Of a DNA stretch of 64,000 nt, positions 12,095 through 24,997 are shown piece by piece (position 1 is the stretch's first letter; each line of letters begins with the position of its first letter). The notes under the pieces were generated by a model. It did no database searches, had not been told where the DNA came from, and saw only the letters and a program-made list of their open reading frames with translations. The position numbers and the translations under genes were made by a program. The DNA comes from Ramazzottius varieornatus (taxonomy: Eukaryota; Animalia; Tardigrada): NCBI GenBank assembly GCA_001949185.1, contig BDGG01000001.1:310001-374000 (forward strand), read 5' to 3'.

Positions 12095-15000
12095 ATGTTT
12101 CAGATCGTGGCCAGAGTTAACTTTAACGGTTTACTCACGCTTCCTTTGATATTCGCCTTGAGGCTTGACATTGCTTTTCCTAATTATTTTGGCTTTGACT
12201 CGTTCAATTCCTTGTCAAACATTGGTCCGGCATTGGACTCGGGGTTAGCTTATCTTCAGCGGAAGTATCCATACATCAACTGGACCAGCACCTATTTGAT
12301 AGCCCGTGGTGACACTTGCCAGGATGAAAAGACTGAGGTCTCCGACTTGGTAGCGGAATGGTACTATCGACGGAAACAAGAAAGAGCGAATCTGCGAATC
12401 ATCGTGACTGGCGGTACGTACAACCCAAGTCATTGAGTACAAACGAATGAAACGGATAGTTCAAGAACTAATTTCACCCACACTCCTTTTTGAACAGGTT
12501 GTCTGGCTGTGAACGATGTGAACTATTTGGCCGCGAACTGGAACATTCTAATGATCACAAGGTACGGTGGCTGATAGTGGGATATAATTAGCATCTCTTA
12601 TCGGCAACACGAGATCCGCTCTCCCTTATGGATGGTTTTTCAGTGGAGGAACACCTGTTTTCGATTCCCTGGAATTACGCGTAGCAGCTAGCCCTAGATA
12701 TCCCACCTTACTGACGACCTCCTTCTATGCCACAAACTATGCCGAATTGTATTTCGAGCTCTTCCGGTCTTTCAAGTGGACAACGCTGTACTTTATCACT
12801 GGTAAACTCGAAAGTAAACTCGACCCCCAGTGGTAAACTCGAAAGTCAGCTGCGTCTCTATTTTAGTTTGACCACAGCCTCCGTCAGCTGTTTCTACGTT
12901 TTAGTTATCAGCCTGGAGGAGAAAAATGACGTCCAGAGACTACGTAAAATTCTGAGGCGCAGCTTTCCAGCTTTCTTGCCGGTTTTAACATTTAAAATTT
13001 AATTAGCTTCTTCTGTTGTTTCAAACAGGTTTTCATCATACAAAAAATTTTTGACGACAACGACGCATCTTTCCACTGGAGAGCTGAGCAAACCGATGAC
13101 TCTGTAAGTTCGCAGAAAAATCGAAAGATGCTTTATATGACTTCGCAGTCAAATTTTATTGATGATTTCGACAGTGGAATATTTCAAAGTACTACTTCAG
13201 TTCAGCATCCACGCTCGTCATACTCTGTTGTTCCCCCACTTCTGTTCTACACAATGGACGCACTTACCACGTGCATTCACTCATAATATCATTTCCCCAT
13301 TCACTCATAATATTATTTCCATGAAACGTATCAACAGAAGGGCAGGGAAACCTTATTAGTCTTATGAGAGCGGCACGAGTATACAGTATGTAGGCGAGCG
13401 GCATTCTGTGTAATCAATGAGTAACTCAAACAGAGCTGTTCAGGATAACTGGAACCTGCTGGCCGGGAATATTGTTGAGCTTAAGTACTTCAGTCTTTTA
13501 GTGGTGGTCCACTACGGTACCGACGTCGCATTCTGACAAAACAAAATTCCGTGACGTCAAAATCTGCTACTGCACTGGAATTACTTCCGTCCGCGCCACA
13601 CTGGTCAAATGTTAAGATCAAAAATGGCTTGTCAGCCAGGTCAGAAAAACCTATAACGTCAAAAACCGCTTCTGACAGTACTGAAATTACTTCCGTGCAT
13701 CATACAATGGTCGAATGACAAAATTTCAGTAATCACGGTATGGTAATGGCTATAGTCGCGCCATCAGAGCTCACAAACTCCATTCAGTGCGCGGTATGGT
13801 AATTCAGTAATCACGGTATGGTAATGGCTATAGTCACGCCATCAGAGCTCACAAACTCCATTCAGTGCGTCCCGATATTCCGCCAAAAACGTAATTTTCT
13901 TTAGCGACGGTAGCATCTGCGCATGTAGGACACATCCTCTGTCTTCGTCATACTCGCACAGATCCCAGATCGACCGGGGCGTCTCATGGCCTACTAAGAG
14001 GAGATGCGTGATATCGACGGATTGGCCATGAAAACCCAAATAGGCTATCGTCACCCACCATAATTGATTACAAAAACCCACTGAAGCTATTGGACCTGTT
14101 TCGCAAGTCATATGCATGTTTTCGACAATCACAGCATATGTATAACTTTTATGCTGTGCAGCTATCTAGAGCTCATGTTTTCCCTCGGGAGCTGGAGCTC
14201 GTATGAAGACTCATGAACGAAAGACCAGGTCGCGAAGAGACGGCGAACGCTGACGAAGCGGACTCGGAACGACTGCGTCAGCTGTATTTCCCAAGGTCGT
14301 TCTCAGATCCGAGTGCGTAGCCGTTTCTAGTCCGGTCTTTTACGTGGTCGTTTTCACTCCAGTCCGTTTTCGATCGCGATTCGATCCGTTTCGTTTAGAG
14401 TCCGTTTCTTTCCTTCGATTTCGTTTCGTTTGGTTCCGTCCGAACATGTTCTGATGAAAAGTCCGAACGAGTTCCGAACAGAGCGACAGCCTGACGGTCG
14501 TCTGTCACGCCGTGTTGGGAGTGACTATCTTGAGTTATAGAGTTCGACAGCTGTAACAATGTAGGTTTCAGCGCCCAACTCCGGAGCCATTCATGAGAGA
14601 GAGAGAGAACCGGTTATCTGACTCGACAATACTTCAGACGCAAGGAAACATTGTTCTCTGTAAACTGATGCCACCCAGTGGTGAAAGAAACACCACTGCA
14701 GCTTTTTTTCAAAAATTTCAGTTTGTCACATGCCGTTGATGCGATGAGTCATCGTTATGATCCGCCATGATGCGATGACTCATCGCCCGTTCAAAAAACG
14801 CGCAGCATCATCAGCGCGTACAGTCTGCGCGTTTGCGCACTAGCTAGTCCCGTTTCGCCTCGTTCTGGCTTTCGCTAGCAGGTCGTTCGAGACTCGACCA
14901 GGAACGAGAACGGACCGTTTGGTTCAGGGGGAGTAATCAAAAGGAAGATGCCTTGTTTAGCTCAGTTCTCAAACGTATAATGCTCAAAACGAACGAACTG

Positions 15001-17600
15001 GTCCTGCCAACTCTGGCCTGAAGTGTAAACCGGAAAAAGTTCGGATCGCAACTAGTTTGGTAATCTCGGAAGTTTATTTGAATTCGATCTTACTTTCCGC
15101 TTTGTGGCGCTCTACGTTATGAGATTTCATAAAGCTTCGCTGATGTTCATGGATGGTTGATTCTCTTTGGTGACGTTGAACCATAAACTACTCGTACGGA
15201 TCATGCGTTAAGATTCACTCAGTGGTCAAACAAACATCCAAGCGCTGAAGACTACAGAATGGGAGGCGATCAAAGGGTCAGAATATTGTGGGAAAAAGAG
15301 AACATCCAAAGACCAAAAATTGGGAATTGTTTCGCTTTTCAGACCGAGAGCGCAACATTGTCTCCGCGAAAGTGGCGCACTTCCACTTCACTGCGCTGTG
15401 ATTTACGCCGTCGACTGCGAAACATATTTTGCATGAATTGTTTAAGATCATATGAGTTTTTACCATTTCTGTCAAAAACATGACGTGCGAAGCAGGTCCA
15501 TTATCACCCATCAGAATCTGATGGGTGAATCTTAGAAAATAGTTATCCTTATGCCAACCCCAGAAAGACTGATGAGACCCACTTTTGTCTCCGGCGATTG
15601 CAGGTCTTGTTCGAGGACAACGAGGCACGAAGATCACTGCATTTCATTCCAGAATTCAACAACGATCGAACAGACGTGACTACGACCCCCATGCCATTGC
15701 TATTGCAGTTGAACTTGTTTCAGGAAACAATAACGCGTTTCTGGATCTGGGATTATCTGCTGACAAGTTGGTTTTAGTGGGAGACAGTAGTCTTTCGGGA
15801 GGTTAGTGGGTGACAATAACCCCACCCTTATGTAAATTGCGTGTGAGCCAGGTGAGGCCACGCCTTTTTATTTCCACAATCAGAATCCCGGGATCCACGT
15901 TTCATGCGTGACGGCCAGGCCGAACATGACTGCAAGGGCAACCCTGGGAAGAAGCGCAAGACATGCGTCCGCTGCGGATGCATTTCTTGCCGCGCCGGCA
16001 TACTCTTGCACCTAGTCAGATGCGACGAGCTAAACGTTTCAGACTAACACCGGCTAATTTCAGCTGTTACAGGTTGTTCGCCAAAGTTACCGGTCGGTAC
16101 TGATGGTGTACATTGTGGAGGTCGAGAACGGTACCATATCAGGCGCCGAAGCTCTTAAATCAGAGTGGGAAGACCGATCCCGCCTCAAGAATAATGGGAC
16201 AAAGCTGGTGAGCGCTCAAACTAATCTACCTTGATTCAACTTCACAAAAGTCTGGGCAGGTGCTCGGTCATCCAACCATCTTTTGCATTGTCAGGTGACG
16301 CCGTGGTTGACCAGCGCGTACCAGGCGATGCAGCTAATAGGCAAGGTAAACCCATTTCTAGTTCCATCAAGATGACAGAATTTATCGGTAAGGTCGTTTT
16401 TCACTGCGTAGGTTTTGGACAGCACCCAATCTACAGACCCTCAGTTCAACTACAGTGACGGAAGGGCATTTACTGCTCTGTTTCGTAATCGGACCTTTAA
16501 CCTTGACCTGGGAAACTTGACCATGAACAGCATCGGTCAGCGAGCAGCTCAACTTGGCTTTCGCTACTTTAGCAATATTTCAGATCGGTTCGAGGTACAG
16601 CACACAGGCTAGAGCACTGGGCCGCAGGTCCAAAAGTACGCTGTAACTGTGCTGCGCACATTACCAGGGCGCTATACGCTGCGCTGTGCTGCACAACTTT
16701 CACGCCCAGTGGCTAAGCAGCTGTGCTGCAGATGCACATTGATATGGTACTGCTGCACGGAAAGTCGATGTATTGACGTGGTTTGAAATTCAGTCAGCCA
16801 AATCGGTAGTCAACCTGGAGAACGTTGCCCTAAAGTACGGCAAAGCTGAGACGGCTGACCTTCGAATGCCCAAAAACTGTAATTTTTGTTAGGTTTCGGT
16901 AGGTGCATCTGCGCGGTAGTCTATGGCTTTCTGCTGTATGCTGTGCTGTGCCGCACAAATTTCGTCAGTTCACGCGCTGCGGCTGTGCTGCAGCACAGCA
17001 CAGCTGCAGTACAGCGCATGCGGCCAGATTCCGTGCTCTAACACAGCTTCTCTAAAAACCAGTCATGTAACAGCATCGATCGTAGCATTATGTGATCTTG
17101 ACCGTGCTGTTGATTTTTTTCTGTCTAGTTATTTATGGTGTCCACCGAAGACTGCAGTAACCACGTTGTATGGCACAAAGTCAGAGATCCTGATTGGTTA
17201 GACGGCAAAATCCTACCTTCAAACGAACCTTACTGCGGTTTTCGGAATGAGAGAGCCAGTTGTCGCACTTGTAACGCTTTACTTCCTCGTACTTACGTAT
17301 AATACATTCACAAAGATATAATATATTGCTTCAACAGCCTCAGCTAATATTCCTGGAGCAGTAGGCGGATGTATTCTCTCACTGCTGCTGATTTTTTCCT
17401 TGTCAATCTTTGAATGGTGGGTGATGGTCGCTCCAGCTCACAATTTCTGTCTGTGACCGTCAATGACTGGAAAATGATAGTCTGTCTATAGGCTGAAAAG
17501 GCGGAGAGAACATGAGCGAGTTCAGTGGACACAATGGCATTTGGAGGATGGTCTGTCGGACGCTGTCCATCACAAAAGACTGTTTGAATTAGACTTTTGA
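12095..17600 (+). CDS. ANF/natriuretic peptide receptor-like single-pass receptor (periplasmic-binding-protein ectodomain, TM helix, short tail, no kinase-homology or cyclase domain)
   Basis: Spliced exons read IGPALDSGLAYLQRKYP, LAANWNILMITS, ELFRSFKWTTLYFI, VVRQSYRSVLMV, VTPWLTSAYQAMQLIGK, FRNRTFNLDLGNLTMNSIGQR, the juxtamembrane WLDGKILPSNEPYCGFRNERASC (17129-17270) and TM GAVGGCILSLLLIFSLSIF, with stop TGA at 17598-17600. The 12800-13030 part looks damaged, and the 13104-16071 intron is enlarged by insertions. Confidence 0.75.
13724..13869. repeat. Near-perfect direct duplication of about 66 bp inside an intronic repeat relic
   Basis: TTCAGTAATCACGGTATGGTAATGGCTATAGTC(G/A)CGCCATCAGAGCTCACAAACTCCATTCAGTGCG occurs at ~13724 and ~13803. 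Confidence 0.85.
16610..17040 (+). mobile_element. Non-autonomous hAT-type MITE (431 bp) in a receptor-gene intron
   Basis: Termini TAGAGCAC...GTGCTCTA and many CTGTGCTGC/GCAGCACAG subterminal repeats. The imperfect target duplication is ACACAGGC/ACACAGCT. An apparently identical inverted copy is at 54136-54566. Confidence 0.85.
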
Positions 17601-18269
17601 ATATGAAACTCTGATTAATCGTCGTTCATAGTTTTAAAACTGCTTCCCGCACAGCGGATACGCGTATATTGGGATCGCGTCGCGATAAACTCAAATTTGT
17701 CTCAAAGGACACTGTAAAATTGTTTACGCGGTGCGAGTAACAATTATTTTTCCTTTGACGAAGAATGCCACTTATGAGCGAAGCACAGACTTCATTGTGC
17801 TTGTCTGATCGCATTGATGTGTGTCGTCGATGCAACTAGAGGTGGCTCACAGTCTGCGTTTGAGACCGAGGCGGAAGTGACGGCCTTCCACCTGTCACTC
17901 TGAGCTGCAACGGTCCCGTTGGCGAGCTCAGAGACCCAAGCCAAGCATGAAGCGTGGGATGGCGGCAAAAAGCGAAACAAAAGTTATTCATCGAGAGCAT
18001 ATAATCTCGAGAAAACTTTCAGACACAGAACATCGTTACTCGTGCGGGAATGAGACACGGGAGGAGCACACAGTCGGACATGGCGAATGGTCAGGACAGA
18101 AATGCTATTAAGGAAACCTATGAGAAAGTGCACTGTGCATAACTCGGAAGTCCACATGTACTGACCAGCCTACGCCATGTCCGCCCATGATGAGCTTCAA
18201 CGTGAAGGAAAGCTTATCAACTACCACATCAACAACAATAATTTTCTACTAATGACGGCTGATGAATCA

Positions 18270-21028
18270 TCACACATGCAAAGAGCTGTTGAATCTGACA
18301 AAAGTTCGAGCCGCTAGTTCTTTGCAGAATTCTTCCAGGGTAACCACTGCACAGAGCATGACGTTTTCGTCGTCCTTCTCCAGCTGGGACCACTGATTAT
18401 CCCGAATCAGCTGTCTCGTCGTCACAATCTTATCTCGAAAACCGGGGGTATGGCGAGCGTACTCGTCCATCTTTTGCACCAGCGACACCAGAGAGCGGTA
18501 CAGGGAAGTGGACTGCGGTGCCAGAGGCACCGTCGGGTCCAGCAGGTACTCGCCTAGGGTCGGGTGTGGAATGAGGCAGAGTTTGGAAAGAATTCCCGTC
18601 ACCCTCAAATTCAGTAAATACGGCTAGAGGAGAAACAACACAACACTCGTTAGATCTACAGTAGTTTCAAAAAACTATCTGGACAAACCGTAAAGATTCC
18701 AAGTACTGTAATAAACTGGGAAACCGGAAAAGCAACCGTTATGTCAAATGGCGCACGATTTAATTTTGTTCGGCTGGGAGGGTGCGCCATTTAAGAAACG
18801 ATTCCGGGGAGGATGTCTGCTTTTGCAAGTGGCGCAGGCTTTCGGTGTTAGGAGCGTGGGCCACTTGGGACGACGATCTCGTACTACTTTTTGTTTGCCC
18901 GCTTCTTCATTAGGGTGCCAACTGTGACATTTTTTTACCGGGAGCTCTTCAGAATTCTCGGGGAAAAAGTTGCTTCATACCTGGACGAAGAGATTCGAAA
19001 GGTAGTGGAACAAGACTCGCAAGAGCGGTCCTTCGTTGAACGGTTGGCCGTCGAAGAAAGCTGACTCTTCCGCCAGAAGAACATTGCAAGCTGGGATTGG
19101 TCCGAAAGTTGGCCATTTGAGATTCGTACATCTTTGGTTCAGCCACTCAATCTACAAAACCTCACTGCACAAAGTATCACGGAAAGCAAACTAAGAAAAT
19201 ATCTCCAAGGCCAATACGGAAACTTGTTCACTTACGGAATAATAAGACTCTCGTAGGTAGTTCTGGTTATCCCGGTCTTCCTCCATGACCGTACACGACT
19301 TTGCACTGGTGGGGAACAGAATACGGAACATGTCCGCTCTGTCCGTCGCCTCCGCCATGTTAGTGTTCCACATCGTGTCGTGTATCCGCTGGTCCTTCCG
19401 GATGTACAGTCGACTATCCAGAAACTGCAACATTGTCTTCTCCACAAAGACTAGCGTTGGTTTCTGAACCATCGCGTTCAACAAATCAAACGCTATCACA
19501 CGCATTTCTCTATCTTGTATAAATATCAAATACTTCTGGAAGAAGCAATCATTCAGTAAAATGTTGGAAAGAGTTTCTAACATCGATAAAGACTCAGAAA
19601 TTCTGTACATTTTTAGAAAAACGGCGACCGATAAATCATTCCTGGCTGGAATGTCACATAACCAGTCTTGCTGGAAACTACATGGGGTCCTCGAAGTTAA
19701 TTCAATATAAAAGGAATTCAAGAAAGACGAAGTGAGGGCAGGCTCGGCGGAAGTGATAATCTGGTCGAGGAAGACGACCCACCGGACGAAACTCTTCACG
19801 ACGTGCTGAAGATCGCCAAAATCATGCCTGAGAAGGACATCTACAGCTTCGAGAGTGGCTGGAATGCAGGAGTAGAGTTTACTGAAGTGTGGAAGGAGGG
19901 CATCTTCGAGGAGGCGCGACTGAGCGATGCAATGACAGACTACGGGTTCTCGACACCGAAGCAACTGGATCGTCGCTTCTCTAGCTTGTGCGGAAACCAC
20001 AGGGTCGGGATTCAGCACCGAACGGAGAAGCGAAGTGAGAAGAGGGAATGTGAAGGAGTCGGACGTGTTGTTTTCACCGTTCAACTGAAAAAAGCAACAA
20101 ATCGAGATGGACCATCCAAGTAGAAATCAATGTGGAGCCAATGAGCAACTGTGCAGACAGGTATTCTATGTCTGTCCAACAGAAACCGGGCATTTCACTG
20201 GTATCTACTCGGGCGGTTCATATGTGTAATTTACGACGAAATAGGAACCAGGCATCTGCTTGGTGGAACTAACCTTAAAAGGGACCTGGTTTTTATTGCG
20301 ACGACCCATATATGTCAACTTACGGTGAAACTGGAACTGCTTCTCTTCCTTTCTTTCCGGCTGTTTTCCACGTTAATGTATCTGTTCTGGTCCTCATTTT
20401 CTGGCAAGATACAATCTGGAAGATCAACGGACCTGACATCAGACTCCGTTCGGTCCACGGCGTCGTGAGGAGCGTTGTGGAGGAACAAGTTAGCCAAGCA
20501 CTGATCCTTTGCGAGCACGTCGACCACCGCTCGAAGGAAAGCCATCTCTTCTCTGTCCCACGGCGAGCAACTAGACCTCCCACAGGCCATAATCAACCTA
20601 GACAAGGGTTTGTACATGAAGGACTTGGGTATGATTTGTATCGTCGAAGGCGTCCGAACGAAGTTGGTCAGGAAGAAGAGGACGTAAGACTTGATGCCAG
20701 CAGGCTTGTCCGTCTTGGCCAGAGCGACCAACCAGTCGAACACCTTGTATCGCATGACAAACTCCAAGCAGGGACTGATGGTTAGAGAATCGTTGGGTGC
20801 GGAGATGGAAGAAACGATGCAGTCGGGTGTGTCTTGTTGGATCAGGTTGAATATCCATTGGAGACGGAGTGGAACGTCCGTGTCGTCCACGGGGATGTTG
20901 GCGCCTTTGCGTAACTTCAGCTCCTTGACGAGGTTGTGCCATTGCAGGAAGAGCTCTTCTTCGGGCCGGAGGTTGGGCGCCAGAAGCTCGGAGGCGGAAT
21001 GTGCCAGGTTCGAGAAGAATTTGAACAT
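18270..21028 (-). CDS. FHIP2: FHF complex subunit HOOK-interacting protein 2 (FAM160B/RAI16-like)
   Basis: N-terminal PCLEFVMRYKVFDWLVALAKTDKPAG and C-terminal PYLLNLRVTGILSKLCLIPHPTLGEYLLDP...AVVTLEEFCKELAA are FAM160 signature blocks. At least 3 exons. Confidence 0.85.
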
Positions 21029-22837
21029 GGCGAGGAGAAGGTCGAAGCCTCGAAGGCATGTCAAGCACACAGTGGAAAATCAAAATAACTTCGTGACGTC
21101 ATACAAACATCACAGTAGACCACGTGGTCGATCCGTTGCGCCTACAAGCGGAAAAAGTCACACGGTCCGTCCTGCAGTTCTGATTTTGTCGAGATTGCTT
21201 GCGTGGCGTGTCCCGTACCTTCCTGGCCGCGGCGATCAAACCGTGCAGACGCCAACGATTTCCCGACCAGTCCGACCTTACTTCCAGCTGTCCAATTCTG
21301 AAGAATTTGCAAACGGTCGCAAAAACAAACACTACAAAGCTACGGGAAACAAAAGTCCAGAAAAACGGTCGAAAGCGGAATTTTTACGCCTTGTGACTTG
21401 TCCAGTACAAGGTGGGATTTGCGCAGAAGCGAGTCAATAAGCAAATTGCGACATGATCGCGCAAAACTCGCTGTTGCGCATGCGCAGTCAATTCATTGGC
21501 CGGTTTGCACCGGTGCGCATGCTCACCTCCGCCCACAAGAATGCGGCGACGTTTCATGGCGACGTCGCTTGGGCAAATCACACCTGTATTGTCCAGCATG
21601 TGAACACAAAATCAAGCCGGCTAGGCAATCAAGATGCCGGCCGAACCGTCAGCCGTGGGCTCGCAGTTCGGCTAGTGAGGAGGCCGAGTCGCACCGAATT
21701 TTTGCTTTTTCGACTCTGACCCAGTGAGCTTATACTGAGTCATCAGAAAGCAGAAATCGACGGCACGGCGGGAAAAGATTCCAGTGACCAGTCAGCTGCT
21801 GTTCATTTGCATTTTACTTTCTTCCCTCAGAGTTCCAGAAAGAAATTACGCGTCTGACACTTCCTGTTTATTCTTGGTGTTGTTGTGGGTTGTGCCAGTA
21901 GACAAGATGGAAACCTTGAAGGATGCAACAACTCAACGAGTTCGCCAGCAGAAGGAGGCAGATGCTCATGGGTCACTGGGTGGCCTAGCTGATAATCCTA
22001 CCGGTCACCGGGACTGCTTTTCTCTGTCAGAAAAAATACCACCCTCGGAGTCCACATTTAGAACAGTGCAAAAGATATCAGGTACGTTTCCGGTTTGGTG
22101 GATTATGTTTCAGCTGGCGTAGGTTGGCTGTAAAGACGTTTGTCGCGAGATTATCTTGTGGATCAGGGCAAGTGTCGCGTTTGTTTAATTGTGATTACAG
22201 GTGAAAATCCTCATTGGCATGCCCGAGGTGTTACTGGGCCACTTGAAAAAATGCAAACGAGGTACAAGAGTGGCGGTTACAGCAGCACGAAGCCCACCAT
22301 CAGCAACATAAGGTACTCTGCATCGCGTTGAGATACAATTTTCCTTGTTGACAAAGCCTTTGCGCAACAAACACATTTCAGCAGTTTTTCTGGTGCTTCT
22401 TATTGTATACCCTCAATGGGGAGGAGGAAAAACGCGATGGATGACAATGCGGAAGGTACGTGCTGCTACCAGACAGCTGCAATAATAATAACAGTTTTCC
22501 CTCAGTCGTCATCGTTGGCAATGCCAACATGTGGCATGAGTCTCTTCTTTACATCTTCCCTTTAATTTCCTACAGCTACTCCCTTCCCATATTCCCTTCC
22601 CCAGCCAACTACGAAGGTACCGTATCCTGCTTCAGAATGTTTTGGCTGATCAAATCTGACTTGTATAAGTTTTTGTTGATTTTAGAAAATATCCAGGAAT
22701 TTTTTCCAACGAGAAGTAAATCCAGTTTTCCATTCAGATCTTTTTATGAAGGTACTGTGGTAACCCAGCCTCTTTCATCTGGTACAGTTCGAAGTTCGTG
22801 TCTCTGGATGTTTTGAACTTTTCCTTGAATTTTCCAG

Positions 22838-24014
22838 AAAGTTTTTCGGAATTATTTCCAACCGCAAACGACTTGATTTTGACTGATGGCGACGTTACCG
22901 AAGGCGATATTCTTGACCTTGATCTTGACGCTCTGGTAGGTTGAGTCTCATCCGAGTCTTTCTCATCTCGTACGATGAGCCCTCAGGTGTATTTTCGTAG
23001 GTAAGTGCTTCCGCACCGGCTGGCCCGGATGTGGGTAAAGTCTCCAGAGGCAGGTCGAGGAGGAAGCGCAATGCGGTGGCCTTCGGGTTCTTCCGCTGGC
23101 CCAACGGTGTCATTCCCTTCACCCTGGACGAAGCGTACAACAGGACCGAAAGAACTCACATCCTGCAAGCCATGAACGAGTTTCATGGGAAGACATGCCT
23201 GCATTTCGTTCCGAGAGAACAACAAGCGGACTACCTTTCCGTCATCAAATTTCGCGGGTACGAAATTAAACACAATAAGAAATGAATTTTTCGAAGTACG
23301 GTAGGAGTAGGTGGAATCCAGTTTACCGTCGTCCGAAGTAGATGACAGAGCTCCTACTTGATGAAATGTTCTCTGTGCAGTAGGAGTAGGCAAGTTCCTC
23401 AACGCACAGACTGCAAGTAGGATCGCGATGTCCTACCGCGGTCTATTTCTAACCCGGAAGTGATCGTTTCGAAACCGAAGGTAAATTCTGACGTCATTTC
23501 GCTCTTTTCCTCCAGGTGTGCGTCGAAGATCGGAAGACAAGGTGGTCGACAGCCACTCTTTCTCAATCAAGAATGCATCGATCCAAAGCGTCCAGGTATC
23601 GTCATGCACGAGCTGATGCATTCTCTGGGTTTCCTCCACGAGCAAACCCGCCACGACCGCGATGACTACATCGATGTTCTGTGGAACAACATTGCTCCAG
23701 ACCATCAAGACAATTTCGCCAAGGTGGACAAGCGTCTGGTGTCCATTTACGACGCGCCCTACGACTACGGAAGCGTCATGCACTACGGCCCCAACTTTTT
23801 CGCCGTCAACTACACCAACCCCACCATTGTCCCCAAGAAACCCACAAAAGTCCTGGGACAGAGAGTGAGGCTGAGCGACGCTGACGCCGAAAAGATTAAT
23901 AAGCTGTACAACTGTTATCGTAACGACGAGGGAAAGGCTAATTCTGACAGCCTAACCGCGCAAATCAACAGCCAATGGTCAGATGTCTTGAGACGTTTAT
24001 CAGCTTCTGTTTAA
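22838..24014 (+). CDS. Astacin-family (M12A) zinc metalloprotease; the 5' exons upstream (to ~21.9 kb) are uncertain
   Basis: Propeptide TEGDIL (Asp switch), furin site RRKR|NAV, RWPNGVIPF, zinc motif HELMHSLGFLHEQTRHDRD, Met-turn SVMHY and LGQRVRLS. Confidence 0.93.
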
Positions 24015-24105
24015 CTTTCCTGTGACAAGACATTTTTATTTCCTTTCTCTTCTGTCTTTGTTGAGGAAATATATTTTGAGTTTATTTTTACAGAGTTTAT
24101 ATAAA

Positions 24106-24997
24106 TCAGAGCACGTGTTGTTTGACTATGGTAATGATGTATCCGGGTTCGAGATCACATACGTACTGTACAGCGGTCATTGATTCGCCCCACGAGGAGT
24201 GGTTGCAGTCTTGTAAAGCATAAAACTTGCTCTGTAAACTGGTTAGGAAAGTCCTGTGGTTTTTGAACTGGATGAAGAGTTTGAGTTGTTCGCGATGGCA
24301 CCGTTTGGTACATGGGAAAGATTCGGTCTTCCATTCTCCGTGGTAAGTAACGGTGTTTTGGTCGATGTCCGATTTCTTGATCTCTTCCGTCAACTCCACT
24401 TTCTGCTCGTGTATAGTAAAATACCTAGATAACAGCCTCAGTACAAATGGGAAATCGGAAAACGGTCTCGGCATACTGGTTATCTCAAGTGGCGCAGTTT
24501 TCTTTGGTACTTGCGCAAGATTTCTGAGTCATTGGCTGAAAACATGCGCCACCTTAGAAAGCGATCACCATGAGTTGGTATGCTGGTCTGCCAAATTTTG
24601 AGTTTAGGTTTGTTGATACACTTACTCAATCTGAACGGCAGGGTTCGTGGTCAACGTTACGGTGTAAGTCTCCTCCTGTTGAAATTTGACCGTGAGAGGC
24701 TGCGGAAACCTTTCTCCATCGGACTGTGGAAAACAAAGTTTTTGGTGGCGCATACTTGGCCCAAACAAGACACGGCAGGCCGCCAGACAGAACGTACAAC
24801 GTCGTTAGCTCAAGTGGCGCATCTTTCCAGCCAATAAAACTGAAAAAGTGCGTCACTTGAGAGTTGGGATAGGGGAAGAAACGCGCGAACTGGATGATAG
24901 GTACCTTGAAAACGACAGGCCGCTCATCGGATTTCCGTCGAAAGTAAATAGTCAGGCGAAACCGTCCGTGGTGGAACTCTTCTTTGAACTCCGGCAT
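24106..24997 (-). CDS. CNRIP1: CB1 cannabinoid receptor-interacting protein 1 (CRIP1a)-like, paralogue A, 3 exons
   Basis: The spliced product RFRLTIYFRRKSDERPVVFK|SDGERFPQPLTVKFQQEETYTV...|...YHGEWKTE...FLTSLQSKFY...HSSWGESMTAVQYVC matches the CNRIP1 pattern (GPVFYKVDGQRF...TIKL...WQVKFY...HCQWG...IEYEC). Confidence 0.85.

Noticed and set aside
14160-15016. CGTTT/GAACG-rich region with a hAT-like end (CTGCCAACTCTG) and paired TGA(G/C)TCA sites
   Set aside because: Likely a non-autonomous TE relic, but both ends could not be paired. The AP-1-like sites alone do not support a regulatory call.
16923-17201. Identical Cys-rich ORF starts MAFCCMLCC... here and at 53909-54253
   Set aside because: These are translations of the MITE's CTGTGCTGC repeats, not a metallothionein-like gene.
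20312-21440. Several overlapping plus-strand ORFs up to 249 aa
   Set aside because: Antisense shadows of the GC-rich FHIP2 exon.
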